Below, one piece after another: positions 18,891 through 28,228 of a DNA stretch of 64,000 bases. Each line of letters starts with the position of its first letter. Within the stretch, counting starts at the first letter, position 1. This DNA is from a virus. A program made the position numbers and the translations under genes. The notes under the pieces were generated by a model. That model saw only the letters and a program-made list of their open reading frames with translations. It was not told the DNA's origin and searched no databases. The stretch is from positions 1 through 64,000 of the IMG/VR virus record IMGVR_UViG_3300032897_000003, one strand, 5' to 3'.

Positions 18891-21043
18891 ACCAGCCACA
18901 GCCGAGGATGTATCGCCCAGCGTGGTTCGTGCGGTTGTACGTACGCCTGGAGGACTTCGGCCAGGCAGACGACTCGGACGCCCAGGACGAAGCCGTGCCG
19001 TACAAGCAAGCAGCTGTGCAGAAAGTCGTGCAGGCTGCGGTGGTAGAAGGGCAGATCGCGCAGGCAGCTGCCGGAGGCGACCGGTCGCGGGCTGCGATGA
19101 TTGGGCTGCAGACCACGGCAAAGGCGCTCTGGCGCGATGCCGGCAAGGTAGCGAAGATGTCGTCTGCCGGGCCCGCCGGGAAAGGAGACGAATTCTCGAT
19201 CGAGTTCGTGACGGCGCCGATGGTGCTCGACATCGAAGACAAGGGATTCCGCGAGGCCGAGACCATGGACGTGACGGTGCCGTTTCAGGACGTGCCTCTG
19301 CATCCACTCATTGTGCGCGAGATCAGGATCGAGGGTTGGGTGGGGACGGTCAAGCGGGAGGATTTCGCGACGCCGGAGCGATGGCATCTCGAACCGAAGA
19401 TGTCGAAGACGAGCGTGTTGCGGTTCAACGGCTACGTCGACTTGGCAGAGATGGAGTACGACGACTCGGCTGGGATGGTGCACCTCAAGTGCCGGTCCTA
19501 CATAGCCGTGCTGATCGACGGCAAGATCAACCCCCTGGCGAAGGCATACCGGATCGAGGGAGGGGAGGAGTACCTCACCAGCTACATCAACCGCATCCTG
19601 ACACAGTACCCGCCGACCTCGGGAGACACCGGCGGCTCTCCATTTCGCTGCTACTGGTACGCCAGCCCGTCAGATAAGGAGCCGAAGATCAGCAGGAAGC
19701 AGCTGTTGAGGTCGCTCCAGACGGCCAAGTCGCGGAACGCATCCGCCAACCAGTCGACCTCGAGCAATGTCAACGCGCAGCCAGATCCGACAGGGGAAGC
19801 TTCGGATGCGGCAGGCATGGGGGACGCGGCCCTAGCCGGAAACCCGATGATGCCCACCAAGGGAGTCACCGAGGACGGCATGTCGATCTGGGATCTCATC
19901 ACGCAGGCCTGCGAGCTTTGCGGCGTGATGCCCATGTACCGGCCGAGCTTGCCACCGTTCACCGGGAGCATTGGAGGCAAGGAGACGCAGATCGACCCGG
20001 CCAACTGCCTGCTCATCACGGCGCCAGAAGCGTTTCTGGACACCGTTTCGAACGCGACGCAGATCGCGGGAGGGGCCCGCGACGGTTTTCAGCGCGAGTT
20101 CTCGAACGGGTCGGCTGGCACCTTCCGCTCGGATGTTCGTTTCATGGTGTGGGGCCACCATGTCGGCAAGATGAAGCTGTCCCGTAAGATGGGGAAGCTT
20201 CGCCCCACCGGGGTAGAAGTGAGGGCGTACAACCCCGACGCGGACGATGCCCTGCGAGTGCTCTCATCGCGGTACCCTCGCCACGTGGCCAAGAAGAAGC
20301 ACGGCAAGTTCGGCCGGGCGGCCAAGAAGATGCACGAGAAGGGGGGCGGAAAGGTCGACACCATCAAGGTGTTCGTGCTGAAGGGCATCCGCGACCAGCA
20401 CGCGTTGGACATGGCCGCTGTGTCCCTCTACCATCAGCTGACCCGTCCCGAGATCAGCATGCAGATCGAGACGGACGACCTGTCGAGCTACATCGACCCG
20501 GTGGCCAGCCAGCAGGCCGGTGTGTTGGTCGAGAATCACAACGATAACCCAGACATCCTGAGGCTGTGCGCGGGGACGCCCGTCCACGTGACGGTAGCTC
20601 GCAAGTCAACCCAGGAAGGGAATCTCGTCATCTCGAGCCTGTCGGACTTCTACGATCTGGCCGGGAACAACATCGTCGACATCTTGCTGAAGCAAAACGA
20701 TCGCTGGGGAGCCTTTCGCTCGGACGGCTCCATGGACCAGACGCGCATCGAGGAAACGGCCAGAAAGATCCAGGCGGCGTACCGGGCGGCCAAGCTGCCG
20801 TCGGTCTACTACTGCAGGCTGGTGCGATTGCACTTCGCCGCGGAGGACGAGAGCTTCCACGCTAGCATGGAGTTGACCAACTACATGCCGAGCAATGATC
20901 CGAGCCAGTTCGACGACGAGACGGAGAAACTTAACGACGAGAGGAAGCGCCATCCGACAAGTGCGTCAGCAAAGAACGCCGCTGCAGAGAAGAAGCACAC
21001 CGACGAGATCGTCACCCGTGGCGCGAAAGCGGGGATTCAATGA
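18887..21043 (+). CDS. Baseplate hub protein
   Basis: Position; FNGYVD and SIWDLITQACELCG motifs. Confidence 0.65.
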   Translation: MNQPQPRMYRPAWFVRLYVRLEDFGQADDSDAQDEAVPYKQAAVQKVVQAAVVEGQIAQAAAGGDRSRAAMIGLQTTAKALWRDAGKVAKMSSAGPAGKGDEFSIEFVTAPMVLDIEDKGFREAETMDVTVPFQDVPLHPLIVREIRIEGWVGTVKREDFATPERWHLEPKMSKTSVLRFNGYVDLAEMEYDDSAGMVHLKCRSYIAVLIDGKINPLAKAYRIEGGEEYLTSYINRILTQYPPTSGDTGGSPFRCYWYASPSDKEPKISRKQLLRSLQTAKSRNASANQSTSSNVNAQPDPTGEASDAAGMGDAALAGNPMMPTKGVTEDGMSIWDLITQACELCGVMPMYRPSLPPFTGSIGGKETQIDPANCLLITAPEAFLDTVSNATQIAGGARDGFQREFSNGSAGTFRSDVRFMVWGHHVGKMKLSRKMGKLRPTGVEVRAYNPDADDALRVLSSRYPRHVAKKKHGKFGRAAKKMHEKGGGKVDTIKVFVLKGIRDQHALDMAAVSLYHQLTRPEISMQIETDDLSSYIDPVASQQAGVLVENHNDNPDILRLCAGTPVHVTVARKSTQEGNLVISSLSDFYDLAGNNIVDILLKQNDRWGAFRSDGSMDQTRIEETARKIQAAYRAAKLPSVYYCRLVRLHFAAEDESFHASMELTNYMPSNDPSQFDDETEKLNDERKRHPTSASAKNAAAEKKHTDEIVTRGAKAGIQ

Positions 21044-21813
21044 AATCGTCGCACGTGTTTGGCACGGACATCCGCACGAGCTTCGATGCCAAAACGCTTG
21101 GCAGCGCTCTGGCGGCCCCAGGGAATGACACCAGGTACTGGTGCAGCTTTGCGACGGTGTGCACGGTGGACCCAGAGTCGGGGAAGCCAAACTACGCCGA
21201 CAAGCACGCGATCTACAACGACTCTGCCGGGGTCGATGTCGATGTCCTCCTTGAACCGCTGAAGCAGCCCTGTACCTGCAAGTACGCAGGAGAATCGGCC
21301 GGCGAGGTCACGATCTGCACGCCGATTCGGCCGGGCGATATCGTGCTCGTCGAGTGCCCAGATGGCGACCTCACGACGCCTGTCATCACCCACATCCTGC
21401 ACACCCGCTCGAAGCGCCAGCCCACCGATGGCGGAAAACCGATCTTCGATAACAACCGCCTACTCATCTTCGCCAAGTCGGTGCCCATCGACATCCGCAC
21501 AGCGGGAAGCGATGGAAGTCCAGTCCAGATCCTTGTCGAGCAGGATGGGACTGCGACCATTACCGCGAAGCGGATCAATGAGGGCGATCACTCGGTCACC
21601 GAGCAAGCCGTTCTCGGTACGAGCTACCGCAATCGAGAAAACGCGATGCTGGATGCGCTCGAGGACGGCTTGTCTGCAATGGAATCAGCCGCGCAGGGAT
21701 CGAACGCTGGCTTCTTCCCTGGCCTGACGATGTGCGAACAGGCCATTGCGACGTTCCGGAAGGCATCGACCGCGAACAATGAGGATCTCTCGAACACGGT
21801 GTATCTGAAGTGA
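21040..21813 (+). CDS. Baseplate spike (gpV-like)
   Basis: OB-fold-like PIRPGDIVLV..PDGD; position after the hub. Confidence 0.65.
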   Translation: MKSSHVFGTDIRTSFDAKTLGSALAAPGNDTRYWCSFATVCTVDPESGKPNYADKHAIYNDSAGVDVDVLLEPLKQPCTCKYAGESAGEVTICTPIRPGDIVLVECPDGDLTTPVITHILHTRSKRQPTDGGKPIFDNNRLLIFAKSVPIDIRTAGSDGSPVQILVEQDGTATITAKRINEGDHSVTEQAVLGTSYRNRENAMLDALEDGLSAMESAAQGSNAGFFPGLTMCEQAIATFRKASTANNEDLSNTVYLK

Positions 21814-23327
21814 ACGACTCGGTCACAGGGCGAGCGATAGGAGACGATTGCTACTCTGCCCAGCAGGCGCGGGCGGCCACGTTCAAGGCTACCGACGCCC
21901 TGACTTTCCCCGGCCTCAATAAGAGTCAGCGAGATGCGCTGATCGCACAGCTCGAACAGGACATGGATCGCTTGTTCGGCAACGCGATCATCACCCATTG
22001 TCCAGGCTGGGACACCATCACGTATGCGCCTAATGTCTCTCCCGGGTTGGACCGACCGATTCCAGCCCTGGCAATGCAGTTGACCGCGGGTGGTGTTTTC
22101 GTAGGTCTATGGGTCAAGTTTGGACCGGCGGTGACCGATTGGACGATGCTGGGTGCAGGGGGGGCGGTATCTGGAGGCATCGAACTGGTGGCCACCGCCC
22201 CCGGCGTCCCGACCTGGACCGCAAACCTTGTTACGAATCCGAGTGCCGAGGACGGCAGTAGGACAGGCCCTACTGGATGGACCGGCACAGGCGGTGACGC
22301 ATACCGATTAGATGCAGCGACGGCTGCTACAATCGGGATTGGCGGAGATCCATTGCAATACCTCAGCAGTGAATTCTCCGTTCCGCGAGGAGGCGGCTCG
22401 TGGGTCTATTGTGGCGGTCCAGGTCCAGAGGCGTATACCTGGGATTTTTGGAGCACGACGAATGTTTCGAGCTACGCTACGGCCATCGATGGCGGCTCGG
22501 TGCAGGCCGCCATCGCGGCGTGGCTGTCGTCGAGTCTTGGTCCCGGTGGAGACATTCCGTCGTGGGATGACACCGTGGCATTCATCGTGCAATTCATCGC
22601 TGCCAACCAGAGCATGGTATTGGGCTCTACGCAGCTGGGACCCGCCGGTATGGCGCGGTCGGGAACGGGCGCCGCTGGCACTCACCAAACCACTGTCTCT
22701 GTGCCAGCGTCGACGCGATACCTAAAATTCATCCAACGCTATCTGATCAGCTCGCAAGATCAGGCTCACGGCGGTTTTTGTTTTGCCTATGCGGATCTAT
22801 TGAGCTGCAAACTACAGATCCCTTCGGCCGGGCTCGACCGCAAGGTTGGCACGATCGTCACCCAGGTGGACAACGTCTCGAATCCTACGACGCTCGTGCA
22901 GAATTGGCAGAAGTACGGCACCGATCCATCGGACTGGGAGCCGCTCAATCAGGTTGGCACCACGTCTCCAGACCTCGCGACGCCGGCCACGATTGCCGTG
23001 GACGCATACGGGCAGCTCACCCGCGGGAGCGCCAGGATCGTCATTGTTACCGGCTCCCCGCTGGTAGCAATCTCGACCGACGGGCTCAATGTCGGCGATT
23101 CAGTCGTCATCATCGCAGGCAACCCGATCCAGCTGCAGCGAAACAACGGCGCTACTCCGGGTTACGGTGATCTTCGCTTCGCACCTCTTGAGCCTGACGC
23201 CGGATTCGTCGATAGCCATTACAACGCCGATACGACGATCGTACTCAACCAGTACGACTCGAACACGTTCCGCTATTTCGTCGATTCGTGCGGCGCCGGA
23301 TTTTTTGTGCGCGTAGGAGGTCCGTGA
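21810..23327 (+). CDS. Putative tail fibre / carbohydrate-binding protein
   Basis: NLVTNPSAEDG CBM-like start, VPASTRYLKF. Confidence 0.55.
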   Translation: MNDSVTGRAIGDDCYSAQQARAATFKATDALTFPGLNKSQRDALIAQLEQDMDRLFGNAIITHCPGWDTITYAPNVSPGLDRPIPALAMQLTAGGVFVGLWVKFGPAVTDWTMLGAGGAVSGGIELVATAPGVPTWTANLVTNPSAEDGSRTGPTGWTGTGGDAYRLDAATAATIGIGGDPLQYLSSEFSVPRGGGSWVYCGGPGPEAYTWDFWSTTNVSSYATAIDGGSVQAAIAAWLSSSLGPGGDIPSWDDTVAFIVQFIAANQSMVLGSTQLGPAGMARSGTGAAGTHQTTVSVPASTRYLKFIQRYLISSQDQAHGGFCFAYADLLSCKLQIPSAGLDRKVGTIVTQVDNVSNPTTLVQNWQKYGTDPSDWEPLNQVGTTSPDLATPATIAVDAYGQLTRGSARIVIVTGSPLVAISTDGLNVGDSVVIIAGNPIQLQRNNGATPGYGDLRFAPLEPDAGFVDSHYNADTTIVLNQYDSNTFRYFVDSCGAGFFVRVGGP

Positions 23328-24916
23328 TGAGCAGGATTTCGCCCATTGCATTCTCGGTGGCATTCTTGGCGGCGACGCTGGTCCCCTTTCAGGCAGTGCA
23401 AGCCGACGACATCATAGGGACCGCGTACATCTATCAGCAGCAGGGTTGGATTCGCTCGCCCATTGTGCCACCGCTGGAGCTGCGATTTTTTCCCAATTCT
23501 ACCAGCACCAGTGTTCAAGAGGCCTGGTCAACCGCGACCTACACTGAGACGTACACCGGAACGCTCGTCTCGATATCGAGCGACGGAGTCAGGTCAACAT
23601 CTACCAGTACGACGACGATCACTCTGCGCGGGCTGGACATCCGCCCGAGCTTTCTGTGTAGCGTGACGCCAGCGGCGGGGGGGTGTCCGCTGACGGACTC
23701 CAACGGAAAAATAAGCACAACCATCCTGCCCAATTTTGCCAGCGCAACGCACACGCATACTGTGACGGATGTTTCGGGCGCCGTGAGCATAAATGCCATT
23801 GAAGGCACCGGCACGGCTACAAGCACGGCAACAGACAAATTGGTGCAAGCCAATGACGATCGCATGTCAAACGCTCGTGCTCCGATAGGCAATATCGTTT
23901 GTGGTTCCGGGTTGCAATGCACGAGCGGAACTAATACGTCTACGTCCACTTCGGTGGCTCTTTCTTCAACTCCCCAATTGACCGTCAATGGTGTGGTTGA
24001 ATCCATGATGTCGTTTTCGAACAACACGACCGGGGATTCGTCGGCGAGTAACCACGGCTTCTATCCGAAGTTGAGTGGCTCTGTGAATGACTGCGCTCGT
24101 GGCGATGGGACGTTTCGTGCCTGTACGGACATTGGGATGCCAACAGGTTGGACCACTCTCTACCAAGAAGACTTCGTTTCGCTAAACAATCAGACCATTT
24201 CGGCCAACGGGGCAGTTACAATTGGATCTGGCAGCTATTATGTAGTCAATTACGCCAATGCCACTACATTTGCTGTGCAGCAGAACGGCAATGGGTTATA
24301 TATTCGGTGGAAGGCTGCCAGCGGGAACACTAGCACGGCCGCCGGATGGTACCTCTTACTCGGGCAGTTTTCGACTGCTATTGACAAATACAATTGGACG
24401 CGCATTCGAGCGTACTTCAATTTTCGGCCTGTACTAGAAGACAGTGGTTCATCAGAGCAAGCGTTTTTCGGTCTTGGTTTGTCAAAGGCGTCAGGTATGG
24501 CGTACAATGTTAATCGCTTGGCCGGAGGTCTCAATACTTCTCAGGCATCCCCGTCAACCCTGTTCACATTCGGTGGAGCCGGGATGCAATACGACGGTAG
24601 CACGTCGTGGTCTAGCAGTTACGGTATAGGCTATTTGTCGTACACAGTTATGCCGTCGCCGGCTTCGTTTTGCATTATGGTCCAGTTAGAGAAAGGCGGT
24701 TTGACTGCTGTGGTCTACAGGATCCCAATGACTTGGGATGGCTCGTGGCCAGCGGATTCTGATTTGGTAGTTGCCGGGAAAGCCTACTTGGCCAATGCTC
24801 TATATGTTGACAATGCTGATACAGTCGTGCCCGCTATAGGCAGTTGGATCTACTCAGGAGGTTCGTCAGGCACTGCTGATATAGGACTCGCAAAGCTACT
24901 CGTACAGTACCAATAA
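23327..24916 (+). CDS. Fibre-like Ser/Thr-rich protein with predicted signal peptide
   Basis: MSRISPIAFSVAFLAATLVPFQAVQA|DD; NDDRMSNARAP; lower-GC 3' third. Confidence 0.6.
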   Translation: MSRISPIAFSVAFLAATLVPFQAVQADDIIGTAYIYQQQGWIRSPIVPPLELRFFPNSTSTSVQEAWSTATYTETYTGTLVSISSDGVRSTSTSTTTITLRGLDIRPSFLCSVTPAAGGCPLTDSNGKISTTILPNFASATHTHTVTDVSGAVSINAIEGTGTATSTATDKLVQANDDRMSNARAPIGNIVCGSGLQCTSGTNTSTSTSVALSSTPQLTVNGVVESMMSFSNNTTGDSSASNHGFYPKLSGSVNDCARGDGTFRACTDIGMPTGWTTLYQEDFVSLNNQTISANGAVTIGSGSYYVVNYANATTFAVQQNGNGLYIRWKAASGNTSTAAGWYLLLGQFSTAIDKYNWTRIRAYFNFRPVLEDSGSSEQAFFGLGLSKASGMAYNVNRLAGGLNTSQASPSTLFTFGGAGMQYDGSTSWSSSYGIGYLSYTVMPSPASFCIMVQLEKGGLTAVVYRIPMTWDGSWPADSDLVVAGKAYLANALYVDNADTVVPAIGSWIYSGGSSGTADIGLAKLLVQYQ

Positions 24917-24936
24917 CAACAAACGAAAGGAAAATC

Positions 24937-25275
24937 ATGGTAACTCGAACCGATATCGAAAATGCACGCGCTCAGCTCGATCTATTGTACGCGGCCGTGA
25001 AGGCCGCCGTCGCCGGCAAGCCAACAGGCGCGCAGGTGGCTACTGCGCGCGCGGATTGGGGGCAGGCGAAGACCGACCTGCAAAACGCGATGAACACCCA
25101 ACAGCCTGACAGCACGATCCAGACTATGGAAGCGACGATGGTCACGAAACAGAACGCATACCTCGATCTGGTGGACGCTCAGGCTGGGAGTCAGGTGAAC
25201 CAGGCGCTCGCCGCTCTCACGACGGGATTCACGACCTATTACAACACGGTAGGGGCCTACACGCCTCCGACGTAA
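24937..25275 (+). CDS. Helical hypothetical protein
   Basis: RBS AAGGA. Confidence 0.7.
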   Translation: MVTRTDIENARAQLDLLYAAVKAAVAGKPTGAQVATARADWGQAKTDLQNAMNTQQPDSTIQTMEATMVTKQNAYLDLVDAQAGSQVNQALAALTTGFTTYYNTVGAYTPPT

Positions 25276-25424
25276 GCCACCGACCTGCAGTACCAGCAAC
25301 ACCTGACAACTTAGACGAGGGACACCATGAGCAATGGCCGCCAATCTGACTCTGAAGTTTCGAGCGAGATGCGGCCTGCCCATGGTGTCTGCTGCCCGGA
25401 CTCTAGACTCAAGGAAGCCCTGGC

Positions 25425-25838
25425 GTGCAGATAACTTTCCAACGAAGGATGAATCGGTCGGGAATTGCGACGATCATCTTCGATGGGGACTTGAGCACGT
25501 TTCGTCGATCCAAATGGATAGACAATGGGTATTCCCTCGTCGGACTTGGTATCGGCTGGCCGACCGGCATAGTCGGGACCATCGCGATCGAGCTGTCGAA
25601 TCATGGGATCGACGGTGTCCCGGGCGCTGTCTACGACGTCAACGGATCGCTCGCCATCGACCCCACGAAGCAACCCAACGGCACGGCTGGCGTGCTCATC
25701 ATCAATGGCATCACGACATCGTTGGCTGCGATCTGCGTGACTTTCACGCTGGGCTCTGGCAATGATGGCGCTGGGAAGTATTTTACCGACGACTCGCACA
25801 TCGATGGCCATCCTCCCACGCTGAGCATGAAGCTTTGA
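25425..25838 (+). CDS. Hypothetical beta-rich protein
   Basis: GTG start with AAGGA upstream; overlaps the next gene. Confidence 0.55.
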   Translation: MQITFQRRMNRSGIATIIFDGDLSTFRRSKWIDNGYSLVGLGIGWPTGIVGTIAIELSNHGIDGVPGAVYDVNGSLAIDPTKQPNGTAGVLIINGITTSLAAICVTFTLGSGNDGAGKYFTDDSHIDGHPPTLSMKL

Positions 25839-26245
25839 AGACGCTGGCCATTCTCCTAATTCTCGCAGCCGGTAGCTCCGGCGGATCAATGGGCGCTGGC
25901 GGGGCCGGCACGGGCGGCGTGAAGAACACGGGCGGAAGCGTGACCGGAGGGACGCGCGGGACGGGCGGTAGGACAGGAAGCGGCGGTGGAACTGGTGGGT
26001 TTAGTACAGGCGGCCATGGAGTGTCGATTGACGCTGGAAGTGGTGGCAGCCCTGGAACCGGTGGTCGAACGGGAACAGGCGGCAGCCCAGGCGCGGGCGG
26101 GCGACCCGGCACCGGAGGGAGTGCAGGCACGGGCGGCACTCCAGGCACGGGTGGCATCCCTGGAACCGGTGGTCGACCAGGGACCGGCGGGGCCGGAGGG
26201 TATGGTATTTACTACCAGGACGCGAGACTGCGGAGGACGCAGTGA
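25835..26245 (+). CDS. Gly-rich (GGxxGT)n protein with hydrophobic N-terminus
   Basis: MKTLAILLILAA followed by GTGG repeats. Confidence 0.6.
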   Translation: MKTLAILLILAAGSSGGSMGAGGAGTGGVKNTGGSVTGGTRGTGGRTGSGGGTGGFSTGGHGVSIDAGSGGSPGTGGRTGTGGSPGAGGRPGTGGSAGTGGTPGTGGIPGTGGRPGTGGAGGYGIYYQDARLRRTQ

Positions 26246-26315
26246 TGTGTGATGATTTCGTCGTTTCGAGTTTCAAAATTGCGGGCACCACTGTCTACGG
26301 TGGTAGGATCTCTCC

Positions 26316-27095
26316 ATGTCCATCCTAGTTCGTCGAGCTATAGCGGTTGGCGGTCAACTGGTCCGTGTGGTCTTTTCATCCGAGCCCCGACACAGGAGCA
26401 GTGCTGGGCTGGACGACGCGAGAAATGCGGCCAACTATACCGTGACGATTCTATCCGGTACCGGCCAACCCTTGCGGTGCGTTGGCGTGCAGGCAGATGT
26501 CGTGCCCTTTCCGGCATTTGGGGTCACGACAAGTGGGGAAGTTGGTGTTGATGTCCAACTCGATCGCCAGATGGTAGTCGGGATGTCATACCGAGTGACC
26601 GTCAGCTCGTCGCTCAAGTCGGCGGCTGGCGAGCTGATCAGTACGACGTTCGCCGCTGACTTTGCCGGGGCAGCCAGGCCCAAGCGAAGTGGGCAACTGC
26701 GCAGAAACATTGGCCTCGTGGATCTGGCAAGCAGTCCGTTCGCCGGAGGGATCCTCGTGGATAGCGCAGGGGACTGGGCTCACCACGAAGGGATCGATGG
26801 CACGCACAAGCGCGTGTGGAGAATCGCCCTGACGGGCAAGGGGGCATTCGCTTGGATGCCCAACTTTGGCATAAGCCATAGGCTGAAGACCCCAGCGACC
26901 CTAAGCATGCTCGCGAACCTGCGCACCGATTTGAGAGAGCAGATCATTCGCCAGCCTGACGTGGTAGACTCATCGACGCGGGTGATGATGGACCAACGAG
27001 GTTTGCTGGAAATCACCATTACGGTGAAGACGAGCGGGGGTGAGCAACTCTCGACGTCGGCCCATGCTACGCAAGACGGAGATTTTGTCCCATGA
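26316..27095 (+). CDS. Baseplate wedge (gp25-like) with N-terminal Ig-like domain
   Basis: TGKGAFAWMPNFG; position before the J-like gene. Confidence 0.6.
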   Translation: MSILVRRAIAVGGQLVRVVFSSEPRHRSSAGLDDARNAANYTVTILSGTGQPLRCVGVQADVVPFPAFGVTTSGEVGVDVQLDRQMVVGMSYRVTVSSSLKSAAGELISTTFAADFAGAARPKRSGQLRRNIGLVDLASSPFAGGILVDSAGDWAHHEGIDGTHKRVWRIALTGKGAFAWMPNFGISHRLKTPATLSMLANLRTDLREQIIRQPDVVDSSTRVMMDQRGLLEITITVKTSGGEQLSTSAHATQDGDFVP

Positions 27096-28228
27096 CGATG
27101 TTCGTGAGCCGACAGGATCTATTCGCAGTAGGTAGGCGGGCCCTGGCTGCGACGCCGGGGATCCGGCTGAACCCAGCTGTGGCCGACATTCCAGGGAGCG
27201 ACCTGAACGTGGTCCTAGGTATGATGGCGGTGATTGGAGAGACGATTTCTGCAAGGGGAGCACGAGGGATGCGCGGCTGTTTCGCCGAGCTGGCCCGGGG
27301 CTCTCAGCAGGACAGGCTGTTCTACGACCGGGCGGGTCTGACGAGGTTCGGCACGAACCAAGCCACGGTCGACCTCGAGCTGTTCCGGTCCACGCCGAGC
27401 GTGGCGACTCCTGGAACGGTCCACGCCGGAGACGTCGTGCAGACCCCCAGCGGGGTCCAGTTCGGGTTGAGCAGGGACGCTGTGTTCGGAGACTACGACA
27501 CCCTCGTTGCTGTCCCAGCCCAGGCATTGGTGGCAGGCCCAGACGGCAACGTGCCACCGACAGATCTTTCTACTGGCATGGGCGTCAGCTCATTTTCCTC
27601 GACACCATTCGATCCCACGCTCCAGGTGCGAAACACCAGCAGTGCGGCCGGCGGTACCGATGTCGAGGACGATATTCCGTATCTCGGCAGGTACAGGTCC
27701 TTTTTCCCGACTCTGAGCAAGGGCGTGATGGGGGCCATCGAGTACGGAGCGCTGCAAGTCCCAGGGGTTGCGGTGGCCACGGCGACAGAGATTGCCAATC
27801 CCGTGGGTGGTTATCCGGTGGCATTCATCCAGCTGGTGATCGGTGATCGCAATGGGAACGCGACCAGCACGATGGTGCAGAAGGTGTCCGATATTCTCCT
27901 CGACTATCGAGCCTTCGGCATGCCGGTGGAGGTGCTCATCGGGAGCGTTGTCTACCAGACGGTGCAGTGGAAGCTTGCTTTCCAGGTAGGGGTGGACGAA
28001 CAGCTTGCGATAGAACGAGTTCGAGCCGTGACCGTAGCGGTGTCGCAATTCTTGCCCCCGGGCCCCGACCGCGGTGTGCTCTATCGAGCTAACCTGATGG
28101 CGGCTGCCAAGCAGGTCCCTGGCGTCGTGATCAGGGATGACAGTTTGGTCGACCCGGCGGGAGACATAATCCCGGTGACGACGCAGCAGATGATCCGTGT
28201 GTTGCCCACGCAGGTGACTTTTGTCTGA
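27092..28228 (+). CDS. Baseplate J-like protein
   Basis: ALVAGPDGNV, AAGGTDVEDD, AIEYGALQVPGV. Confidence 0.85.
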   Translation: MTMFVSRQDLFAVGRRALAATPGIRLNPAVADIPGSDLNVVLGMMAVIGETISARGARGMRGCFAELARGSQQDRLFYDRAGLTRFGTNQATVDLELFRSTPSVATPGTVHAGDVVQTPSGVQFGLSRDAVFGDYDTLVAVPAQALVAGPDGNVPPTDLSTGMGVSSFSSTPFDPTLQVRNTSSAAGGTDVEDDIPYLGRYRSFFPTLSKGVMGAIEYGALQVPGVAVATATEIANPVGGYPVAFIQLVIGDRNGNATSTMVQKVSDILLDYRAFGMPVEVLIGSVVYQTVQWKLAFQVGVDEQLAIERVRAVTVAVSQFLPPGPDRGVLYRANLMAAAKQVPGVVIRDDSLVDPAGDIIPVTTQQMIRVLPTQVTFV

